A DNA stretch of 64,000 bases from the NCBI GenBank assembly GCA_964567855.1, contig CAZMOE010000005.1:16150-80149 (forward strand), read 5' to 3'. Of the stretch, positions 19,974 through 28,130 are shown in pieces; positions within the stretch are counted from its first letter, which is position 1; the number at the start of each line of letters is the position of its first letter. This DNA comes from an uncultured Prevotellaceae bacterium (lineage in GTDB: Bacteria > Bacteroidota > Bacteroidia > Bacteroidales > UBA3663). The notes beneath the pieces were generated by a model that was not told the origin of the DNA, searched no databases, and worked only from the letters and a program-made list of their open reading frames with translations. Both the position numbers and the translations under genes were made by a program.

Positions 19974-22900
19974 TTATTTGCGGTATTTGAAGATTTCGCG
20001 GTCTTTGTTATCTTTGAGGATAACGATTAAACGCACTTCAGACGGTAAGACGCTTTTGAGTTGTTGCACGAATATGTCTGTAGCATTTTGGTAGAAAGAC
20101 ATATCCTGCTCCGAAGTTTTGTATTTCGATTCCGGAATACGAAATACCATCTCGGTCGAAGTTTTATTGAGAATGGTCCAGGATTGCAGTGTCAAATGTT
20201 TTGCATCTTCCCCCAAGTCCAAGGGTAAGTTTTTCGCAACTTCCCTTACTTCTTTTTGCCAAGAGGAAGGTTCTGTATTGGAAATGTTCTCCCAATTTTC
20301 GCCATTCCATTGTTGCCTGATGATCCGATTCCCATTTTTATCGTAACCCGATCTTTGAGAGGGATTGGAAGATGCATCATCGTATGCATAGTTCCATTTG
20401 TGGATGCCGTTTTCGGCATTTGTAGGGGATTGATTTTTCCCGAAATATGTTTCGGCGACTTTTCTGCCATATTCATCATAGGCATATGTTGCCATGAAAA
20501 CATTGTAGGCCAATGTAGGTTGTTCTTGGGTGTCGTACACGCTGTAGGATTGTATATTGTTTCTTTCATCGTATACATACTTAATGAGGTGATATTTTGA
20601 GGAAGGATTGATCATCGGTTTGTCATATTGATCGTAGTAACGGGTTTCCAATTCCTTTCCTCTTTGATTTTTTACCATTCTTATTACAGCCCATCCGGTT
20701 GCAGGGTTAATGATGAGATTTCCGTAACCGTCGCCGGCCGCGATATAGTTTATATTTCCCCATTCATCATATTGCACGAATCCTTCGGGAACATATTGAC
20801 TGATAGGGGTGGGGTTGCCATCGGTTCCATAATAAGACTGGCGTATGATACGTCCTGTAGCATCGTACTCGTTTCTGGCAATGGCATATTTATCCGTTTT
20901 TCTGCAAACCAACTTCCCTTTTGCATCGAATGTGGTAGTTTCTATGCAGTTGCCGCGGTCGTCATATTTCCATTGATAGATGGCCGCATTGTCGTTATTG
21001 ATCGGGGTGAGATTTCCGGTCAGATCGTAATATCGGACTTCAGTATCTTGACCGCGGTCATTACACGTGTATTCGGCTTGATAGTATTTTTGTTGGCAAA
21101 GGGCCGGCTTCCCTTCTGCGTTGACGCAAGAGATTTTAATCAGGTTGTCATGTTCGTCGTAGGTGTATCGGTTGTTGACCCAATAGCGGGGCAATTTCCC
21201 TTGCGCATCTGACCAATAGTTGGCGAGAACGTTCCCCCGTTCGTCATATTCCGATTTCTTTATAGCCCAGCCTTCGGAAGTATTGCAGAGTTCCCCTTGG
21301 GCGTTGACGTAACGGATTTCGAGTTGATTTCCTCTGTCATCGTATGTGGCGAACCAGCCAACGTAAGCTTCATTGACGAGATTGGTTTTTTGGCGATGAG
21401 TGTCAAAAAACTCGCGATGGGTCTCGTTACCTGTGTCATCATAATCTGATTTCCATCCAGCGATCAGTTCACTGTTTAGAACCAGGCAGTCTTCTGTTCC
21501 ATTAAAAAACTCGACCAATTCAGAGTTTCCTTGCAAGGAGTATTTGGTATGTACGCAAGGGATTTCACCATTGACAGCAGGGATTGGGTTCCCTTGGGCA
21601 TCGAAATCTTTACGGTAGATTTGCCTGCCTTGGGCATCGTATCGGTATGAGATGCTTGCGGTACCCCACGAAGTCGCGGTCAATATGTCTTCAGCATTAT
21701 AAAAGGAGACATTAATCATGTTTCCTACTTCATCGTAAGTGCTACGTTGGATAGCGAAACCTTCATTCGTCATGAAAGGATCACCGACGCTGTCGAGGTA
21801 GACGATAGTTAAGGGATACCCGTAGACGTCGTTGGTACTCTTTTGTCCGTAATATCCTTCGTTGCATGCAATCGGTTGTTTGTCTTTTCCGAAAAAGGAT
21901 ATTTCTGTTCTAAACCCGTTGGCATCATATTGGTAACGGGCACCGGTGATACCTTCGGAAGAAGAATAAGTCGGTTGATTGTCAATGCCAAAGTAGAATT
22001 GTTCGATGATAACTCCATTGGAGATGGTTTGCTCGGAGCCGGCGACATTGCAATCTCCCCGTAAGGAGAGGTTTCCATTTAGATCTTCATAAGATTGTTT
22101 GATAGTGTTACCCCATTTATCTACATAATTGCGACATACAGGAATGTTAAGATCTTTTTCCCCTGCCGGACCATAAGAGGGAGAGAGATAGGTGAACCGT
22201 ATGGGGTCATCGGCCTCATTATATTCTCGTGTGCGTATGGCCATTCCGCTTTTGGTTGCTTTGGGCTGTCCGTCATAACCGGTAAAAATCTCTTCTTTTA
22301 CGCGTCCTTTTTCATCCAAGACATATTTCCGGCCGTAAAGTCCGTCGGCGTCGCAAACGCGGGCGTTTTGGAAGCTCGCATATTTAAGTTCCGTAACGTG
22401 GCCTGCGTCATCATAGGTAAGTAGGTAACGCGAAACTTTTCCGTGTGCATCACCTTCGTCCATATTGGAGGTAAATGTCGTGACGGTTTGAGCACTTAGG
22501 TTCTTTTCGGTCCCATACTCATCGTCGTAGCGGAAAACCACGACGTTCAGGTCCTTATTGATATAGTCTTTGACCATTAAAACCTTGCCATGAGGGTCTA
22601 AAATTTTTATGTAATCAAGACTGCCGCTCTCGTTATAATAAAATTTACTGTCGGTAGGCCTTTCTATATCATCTGTAGTTGAATGTTTGATAATGCTACC
22701 CTTACTATTGATGTAAGACATGCGCAAAAGTTTGCGGCGGCAATATTCAAGACGATAGGAGGCGGTTCGGTGTGCGACTTCATCGTCAGACAGTTCATGG
22801 ATGCCCACCGGCACGCCCCATTCTTCGACATAGTCTTTGTAATAATATATCTTTGTCCGGGTATAATCCCACCAATAGATGCCAAGACCGATAACGAGAA

Positions 22901-23774
22901 TAAATGCGGCGGCAATAGAGATCTTTATCCCTTTGGGAACTTTGGGCGGATAGATAGCTATGTGAAGGGCTTTTTTAAATTCCTCGCAGCTTTGGTAACG
23001 TTCTTCCTCTTTTTTAGCTACAGCTTTGTCTACGACCTTTTGTACTTTTTCAGAGACGTATTTATAATATGTGCGTAGTCTTGGCAGCGGTTCTTCGACC
23101 ACTTTTTTGTTTATGTCTAACTCGGTCAATGTCGTGGTGTCATAAGGGGCGTTGCCCGTCAGCATCTGATGCAGGAGTACGCCGAGGGAATAGATATCGG
23201 AAGGGGTACCGAGATGCTTGCCCTGCACTTGTTCCGGGCTCATATAGGATGGAGTACCCATGATAAGGTTTTCCTCATCCTCTTCTTTCCCTTGTTTGAT
23301 GATTTTAGCGATGCCGAAATCCAGGATTTTGGGAATTCCTTCGTGAGTGATGATAATGTTGGAGGGTTTGATGTCGCGATGTAAGATGTGGTGCTTATGG
23401 GCATATCCTACAGCATCCAAAATCGGTTCGAACAGGGGGCAGATGCGGTCTTCAACAATAAGGCCGGAGACGGTTTCTATGTATTTGTCCAAACTGATAC
23501 CGTCGGCATATTCCATGATGAGATAAATATTGCCGGTTTCATCGATGTGATAGTTGATGAAATGCACGATATTCGGATGATTGAGTTCCGCCAGATGTTC
23601 TGCTTCTTCTTGCAAATGCCGACGGGTAAAGTCATTGACCATGTCGGCATTGATAACCTTGATAGCGACTTTCTGCTGTTTGATGAATTTGTGTTCTGCT
23701 AAATAGACGCTACCCATACCACCTTTGCCGATATATGAAGTGATGGTATAGTTGAGTATTTCTTTTCCGATCAT
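19974..23774 (-). CDS. Hanks-type Ser/Thr protein kinase - TM - large YD/RHS-like repeat ectodomain (operon gene F)
   Basis: 1266 aa. Kinase motifs GKGGMGSVY, VAIKVI, HRDIKPSNIII, DFGIAK and GTPSYMSPEQ. TM helix IKISIAAAFILVIGLGIYWW. About 950 aa follow, carrying about 20 YD-type motifs (YDDRGN, YDERGN, YDEHDN, YDATGR, YDEWGN, YDEYGR...). Confidence 0.85.
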   Translation of the reverse strand: MIGKEILNYTITSYIGKGGMGSVYLAEHKFIKQQKVAIKVINADMVNDFTRRHLQEEAEHLAELNHPNIVHFINYHIDETGNIYLIMEYADGISLDKYIETVSGLIVEDRICPLFEPILDAVGYAHKHHILHRDIKPSNIIITHEGIPKILDFGIAKIIKQGKEEDEENLIMGTPSYMSPEQVQGKHLGTPSDIYSLGVLLHQMLTGNAPYDTTTLTELDINKKVVEEPLPRLRTYYKYVSEKVQKVVDKAVAKKEEERYQSCEEFKKALHIAIYPPKVPKGIKISIAAAFILVIGLGIYWWDYTRTKIYYYKDYVEEWGVPVGIHELSDDEVAHRTASYRLEYCRRKLLRMSYINSKGSIIKHSTTDDIERPTDSKFYYNESGSLDYIKILDPHGKVLMVKDYINKDLNVVVFRYDDEYGTEKNLSAQTVTTFTSNMDEGDAHGKVSRYLLTYDDAGHVTELKYASFQNARVCDADGLYGRKYVLDEKGRVKEEIFTGYDGQPKATKSGMAIRTREYNEADDPIRFTYLSPSYGPAGEKDLNIPVCRNYVDKWGNTIKQSYEDLNGNLSLRGDCNVAGSEQTISNGVIIEQFYFGIDNQPTYSSSEGITGARYQYDANGFRTEISFFGKDKQPIACNEGYYGQKSTNDVYGYPLTIVYLDSVGDPFMTNEGFAIQRSTYDEVGNMINVSFYNAEDILTATSWGTASISYRYDAQGRQIYRKDFDAQGNPIPAVNGEIPCVHTKYSLQGNSELVEFFNGTEDCLVLNSELIAGWKSDYDDTGNETHREFFDTHRQKTNLVNEAYVGWFATYDDRGNQLEIRYVNAQGELCNTSEGWAIKKSEYDERGNVLANYWSDAQGKLPRYWVNNRYTYDEHDNLIKISCVNAEGKPALCQQKYYQAEYTCNDRGQDTEVRYYDLTGNLTPINNDNAAIYQWKYDDRGNCIETTTFDAKGKLVCRKTDKYAIARNEYDATGRIIRQSYYGTDGNPTPISQYVPEGFVQYDEWGNINYIAAGDGYGNLIINPATGWAVIRMVKNQRGKELETRYYDQYDKPMINPSSKYHLIKYVYDERNNIQSYSVYDTQEQPTLAYNVFMATYAYDEYGRKVAETYFGKNQSPTNAENGIHKWNYAYDDASSNPSQRSGYDKNGNRIIRQQWNGENWENISNTEPSSWQKEVREVAKNLPLDLGEDAKHLTLQSWTILNKTSTEMVFRIPESKYKTSEQDMSFYQNATDIFVQQLKSVLPSEVRLIVILKDNKDREIFKYRK

Positions 23775-23792
23775 AATTTTGTGCTTTGTGTT

Positions 23793-24314
23793 TTATAGAT
23801 TAATGAGAACAGAGACCATATTAATGGCAAATCCTACCCATGCCCAGGTGGCAATTTGAGAGGCTCGGCGGGGTGTTTCTTCTTTCATGGTGAAATACAT
23901 AATCCAACCGACCAATGGTATTAAAAATGCCAATATATTGAGACCTATCGATGGCTCATCTTTTTTTGCTGGCGTGAGAGGTACGTATGCCGGCGCCGCA
24001 GGTTGCACGGCGTGAGAAGAAGATTCACACTTTGTCTCTGCTTCGAATGGCCGGGCACTTTTAAGGGGTAACATGGCGTAGATTTGCGCCCAAGGTAGCG
24101 GGATATGATTTGCCAGCATGATGGGGGCACCGGGAGCTATCTCGATGCTGCGATTGTTGATATATTCGCCGTTTAACGTTGAGCCGTTTTTGCTTATATC
24201 TTTGTATATATAGCGTCCTCCGCTGATGCTGATCTCCGCATGAACTCGGCTGATGTTGTTGTCTGTGACGACGATGTCGCAAGAATTAGAGCGACCGATG
24301 GTAATGGATTTCAT
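23793..24314 (-). CDS. FHA domain protein with a C-terminal 2-TM hairpin (operon gene E)
   Basis: 173 aa. FHA signature (ITIGRSNSCDIVVTDNNISRVHAEI...KDISKNGSTLNG). The C-terminal IGLNILAFLIPLVGWIMYF...WAWVGFAINMVSVLINL is homologous to the C-terminus of kinase D. The start overlaps the kinase D stop (ATGA). Confidence 0.8.
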   Translation of the reverse strand: MKSITIGRSNSCDIVVTDNNISRVHAEISISGGRYIYKDISKNGSTLNGEYINNRSIEIAPGAPIMLANHIPLPWAQIYAMLPLKSARPFEAETKCESSSHAVQPAAPAYVPLTPAKKDEPSIGLNILAFLIPLVGWIMYFTMKEETPRRASQIATWAWVGFAINMVSVLINL

Positions 24315-25678
24315 GAAAATTGTAGGATAAAATTAAGTATCATGTTTATGGCAAAACCGATCCAGGCTATTTTAGCGGCTGTGTGTGCCGCTTGGGGCCT
24401 TTGTTCTTTCCAGACGCCCCAAAGCACCCATCCGACGATCGGCACAAAAAAGGACAAGATTCCCAATCCGATGCCGAGACCTGCTCGTGTCGGAGGCTGT
24501 GGGGGAGGCGGAGGTGGTAGAGTAACGGTTTGGGGCAAACGTTCTTTGAGCATTTGGATTACTGATTCCCATTCAAGCCGAATTTCCGGGCGACCTGCGA
24601 GACAAACTTCCGGCAAGGCATATTCCTGTTGCTCCGGGATAGCATAAGGAAATGACTCGGATCCGTTGTGTAGATAGCGTCCGTCGACACCCGTGCCGTT
24701 AGTACTGTGGTCTTCAATCTCAATGATGGCGCCGGTAGGACTTGTTTTCAGGTATTTATAGTGGATTTTGAGATGGTTAGAGCTTACATATTCATTGTTG
24801 ATGACGATGTCACAATCACCTCTTCCGACTGTCACTACGGCCCCGCTGACTTTTGTCTCGAGTCTTTCCGGTTCTGAAATCATTTCGTCAATGAGGGCCT
24901 GTTTGAATTTTGCTGCCGTTTGGAACCGGTTTAACATATTCTTATCGGTGGCCTTGAAGATGATGTTTTGGATTTCATCGGAAAGTTCGGGACGCAGGTC
25001 CTTGGCTCTTGGGAAATCATGATTCAAGATCTCCATCTTGGTTGCAAAGTCATTACTTTGTTTTGTGATGGCATGTTTTCCGGTGAGCATGTAGTGGAGC
25101 AGACAACCTAAGGAATAGATATCTGTCCGGTGGTCGATGCTTAATCCTTTTACTTGTTCCGGACTCATATAACCGTCGGTACCTACACACATGCCGATGG
25201 TCTGTCCGGTCGTGGTGTTCATGTCTTTGGCGATGCCAAAATCGATGACACAAATGTTGCCATCCGGTCGGATCATGATATTGGACGGTTTTATGTCGCG
25301 GTGGATTTTGTTGACGTTGTGTATATATATGAATGCGTCCAAGATTTTTCCCATCAGCTGTTTCGCCTCTTTTTCAGAATACGGCCCGTGATCTTCTACT
25401 TGCTTTTGTATGGTTTTTCCCTCCACGTATTCCATGGGTAGATAGAGGTTTCCTTTCTCGTCTGAAAAGGTCTCGCCGATAATCTTTACCACCGAGGGAT
25501 GGTTCATGCTTTTGAGGGATTTCGCTTCCGTGTCAAAGAATGCCCGGAAATTTGGAATACTTACGTATTCGCATTTCAACATCTTGATGGCTACGGAATG
25601 ACCATTGGGAGCCTTCCCTCTGTAAACGGCACCCATACCGCCCTGTCCGATTTCTTCTTCGAGAATGTAATTGTGCAT
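24311..25678 (-). CDS. Hanks-type Ser/Thr protein kinase - FHA - Pro-rich linker - 2-TM hairpin (operon gene D)
   Basis: 455 aa. Kinase motifs GQGGMGAVY, VAIKML, HRDIKPSNIMI, DFGIAKD and GTDGYMSPEQ, with a Thr-rich activation loop (NTTTGQT). FHA domain (VVTVGRGDCDIVINNEYVSSNHLKI...DHSTNGTGVDG), a PPPPPPQPP linker, then GLGILSFFVPIVGWVLWGVW...IAWIGFAINMILNFIL. Confidence 0.85.
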   Translation of the reverse strand: MHNYILEEEIGQGGMGAVYRGKAPNGHSVAIKMLKCEYVSIPNFRAFFDTEAKSLKSMNHPSVVKIIGETFSDEKGNLYLPMEYVEGKTIQKQVEDHGPYSEKEAKQLMGKILDAFIYIHNVNKIHRDIKPSNIMIRPDGNICVIDFGIAKDMNTTTGQTIGMCVGTDGYMSPEQVKGLSIDHRTDIYSLGCLLHYMLTGKHAITKQSNDFATKMEILNHDFPRAKDLRPELSDEIQNIIFKATDKNMLNRFQTAAKFKQALIDEMISEPERLETKVSGAVVTVGRGDCDIVINNEYVSSNHLKIHYKYLKTSPTGAIIEIEDHSTNGTGVDGRYLHNGSESFPYAIPEQQEYALPEVCLAGRPEIRLEWESVIQMLKERLPQTVTLPPPPPPQPPTRAGLGIGLGILSFFVPIVGWVLWGVWKEQRPQAAHTAAKIAWIGFAINMILNFILQFS

Positions 25679-25724
25679 ATTTTACTGATTTAGCATTGTT
25701 TGTACTGAAGACTTTATTCCGGAT

Positions 25725-27515
25725 TCAGACCTGAACGGTAGAAGGTGCGGATTCTTCTTTAGGGGATGTTGCAGAAGAATCAGCAGGAGCGGACTCCCCG
25801 TCGTTTTTTATTTCGTGGCTGCTGTCTCCTTCCGTCGATTTATCACTCGGAAGGGTAGTTCCTGGATTGTTTTGGGAAATGCTATCTTTTGCACTATCTA
25901 TTACTTCGGTTATCTTAGGCTTAGACTGGCCGGAATCACTTGTTTCGTGTGTTTGTTTGTCGGGAAATTGAAAGAAGAAAGTGAAGATAGTATCAGAACC
26001 ATTTATAGAAAAAACGGCAGAATCATTTTCAGGATAATCGTTTTTTTTCTTTAAAATGATTGTAGTTGTAGTACTATTCTTAGATTTGATTTCAATTTTG
26101 GGAGAGACCTTTATGATGGAGTCCTGAGCCATTTCAGATATAGATCTCTTCCATAAAGACTTGCCGGCCGGATTCTTGATTTCGATTTGGGAAGAATAGC
26201 CTGGTGTGATGGAAACTAATATTCCATTTTTATTAGCCTTTATGGAACCCAAATTTACCGGTGTGACGGGACGTTTGATGATCTCCTTATTTGCTTCATT
26301 TTTCGAATTGAAAGGGGAAACTTTGAAATGAAAAGTGCGTCTATGGCGGCCGTCTTGCAGAGTGAATGAACATTCTTCTTCTTTTTCAAGATTGACACCA
26401 TCTTTTATTTGCAAGGAAATACGATCTTCTTCCTTTTCGGTGATGGAAAGCATGTCGACATCATACAGAACGGAATCCTGATTGGCTTTAAAGCCGGCCT
26501 CATGCCAAATGAAATCGCCTGAAGAATTTTGTATGAGAGTCTCGTCTTCTCTAAAGATAATGGTACATATTTTTTTGTTTTGAGGAATGTTTATTATTCC
26601 GAAATCTTCAGTGATGGATTGAGGAGAGAGAGATTCCCAAAGGAAATAACCTCCACCACCGAGCAATAACAGCGCTAAAGCAAGGAGGCTAAACTGTAAA
26701 ATGTTTTTTTTGCGCTTGTCATCGTTCTTGGAATGTCCTCTTTTTCCGGTGGTGGTAATCGAAAATTCTACCAATTCGCAGGTGATGTTGTCTAATCCTC
26801 CGTTTTCGCGGGCCTGTTCAATCAGAGTATCGGCACGATGCTGCATATTCGTGCCGATTTTACCGGCAATTTTAGCAATGGTCGTATTCGGCACCATGTT
26901 GCTGAGCCCATCGGAGCAAAGGAGGAAAACATCGCCGGCCTGGGGGAGGATGGCCTCCTCCCTGATGGTTGCCGGTTGCATGTTGGGAATGCCTAAGGCG
27001 TTTGTGATTTCGTTTTTACGGGGATGGTGTTCCGCCTCGGCTTCACTGATCTGTCCTGCGTCGACCAAAGTCTGTACAAAAGAATGATCTTTGGTCAATT
27101 GTTTGATAGTGGATTCTCGGATCAGGTAAATGCGGCTGTCTCCCACATGGCCGATGTACACTTTGCCGTTACGCACCAATAGAAGCACGCACGTTGAACC
27201 CATTCCTGTCAGTTCGGGGTGCATTTGGGCGTGGAGCAGAATGTTTCTATTGGCTGTAAATATAGCTTCGGTGATGGCTTCATTAGGGTCCGCATGGTAA
27301 TTGTCTCGTAAGTAGGCCAATATCGAGTCGACGGCGATATGTGAGGCTGTAGCACCTCCGACATGTCCCCCCATACCGTCGCAAACTACGGCCACACGGC
27401 CGTTAGGAGTATCGTCGAACCCTAAGAAATCTTCATTGGCGGCGCGTTTACAGCCAACATCTGTCGCTCCGACGATTTGGCAATATTGGCTATAGTCCTC
27501 TAAGTTGGTTTTCAT
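25725..27515 (-). CDS. PP2C-family Ser/Thr phosphatase - TM - extracytoplasmic beta-rich region with a Ser/Asp/Glu-rich tail (operon gene C)
   Basis: 596 aa. PP2C motifs (TDVGCKRAANEDF, VVCDGMGGHVGG, LLCSDGLSN, GGLDNITC), TM helix ILQFSLLALALLLLGGGGYFLW, about 240 aa unrecognised, then a low-complexity acidic/Ser tail. Confidence 0.85.
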   Translation of the reverse strand: MKTNLEDYSQYCQIVGATDVGCKRAANEDFLGFDDTPNGRVAVVCDGMGGHVGGATASHIAVDSILAYLRDNYHADPNEAITEAIFTANRNILLHAQMHPELTGMGSTCVLLLVRNGKVYIGHVGDSRIYLIRESTIKQLTKDHSFVQTLVDAGQISEAEAEHHPRKNEITNALGIPNMQPATIREEAILPQAGDVFLLCSDGLSNMVPNTTIAKIAGKIGTNMQHRADTLIEQARENGGLDNITCELVEFSITTTGKRGHSKNDDKRKKNILQFSLLALALLLLGGGGYFLWESLSPQSITEDFGIINIPQNKKICTIIFREDETLIQNSSGDFIWHEAGFKANQDSVLYDVDMLSITEKEEDRISLQIKDGVNLEKEEECSFTLQDGRHRRTFHFKVSPFNSKNEANKEIIKRPVTPVNLGSIKANKNGILVSITPGYSSQIEIKNPAGKSLWKRSISEMAQDSIIKVSPKIEIKSKNSTTTTIILKKKNDYPENDSAVFSINGSDTIFTFFFQFPDKQTHETSDSGQSKPKITEVIDSAKDSISQNNPGTTLPSDKSTEGDSSHEIKNDGESAPADSSATSPKEESAPSTVQV

Positions 27516-27524
27516 ATAGCGAGG

Positions 27525-28094
27525 TTATAATTGGGGGATGGCAAGGAAGATGAATTTTGAGGCTCCGATGACTATGATATCATTGGTATGAATTTTGGTC
27601 TTTTCACTGACGAACGAGCCATTGATGTACACACCATTGGAGGAATTCAAATCATCGGCCCAAAAGATATTATCGCCGTTTCTGTATAAAATAAGCAGGT
27701 GTTCGGATGAAATGTGCGAATCGTTTGTGATTGGAATGTCGCAGGTATTGTTTCTTCCGATGATATTTCGTCCTTCGTATATTTTATACACTTCTCCTAA
27801 GGGAGATTGGTCGTACGAGATGAGTAATCCGACTAATTTACGTCCTCCATCGTTAGGTCCAACGGTGGTGCCGTTGAGAGTGCGGATAACGGTTCTTCCT
27901 CCTCCGACGTTTGCACCGGGGGTGGATATGGGCTTGGTGGGTATTTCTCCTGTACTGCTTTCAAAGGGGTTGTTGACTTTTGTTCTTTCTGAGTTTACTT
28001 GAGTGCTTGTCGCATTGGTAGGACAAAAGGGGCATTGATCGCCATAGATGCTTGAATCGTACTGGTGCCCGTTGGGACATTTTTTAGTTGCCAT
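27525..28094 (-). CDS. zinc-ribbon plus FHA domain protein (operon gene B)
   Basis: 189 aa. CPNGHQYDSSIYGDQCPFCP, a Thr/Ser/Pro-rich linker, then FHA (YEGRNIIGRNNTCDIPITNDSHISSEHLLI...DLNSSNGVYING). The stop is 9 nt before the PP2C start. Confidence 0.8.
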   Translation of the reverse strand: MATKKCPNGHQYDSSIYGDQCPFCPTNATSTQVNSERTKVNNPFESSTGEIPTKPISTPGANVGGGRTVIRTLNGTTVGPNDGGRKLVGLLISYDQSPLGEVYKIYEGRNIIGRNNTCDIPITNDSHISSEHLLILYRNGDNIFWADDLNSSNGVYINGSFVSEKTKIHTNDIIVIGASKFIFLAIPQL

Positions 28095-28130
28095 AAATGT
28101 TGTGGTTTAAATGATGAATGTATGATGTTT

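Noticed and set aside
19974-23774. The idea that the YD-repeat protein is an RHS polymorphic toxin.
   Set aside because: The N-terminus is a cytoplasmic kinase followed by a TM helix. I see no RHS core/cleavage motif, no variable toxin tip and no adjacent immunity-like small ORF. The downstream gene G has a signal peptide.
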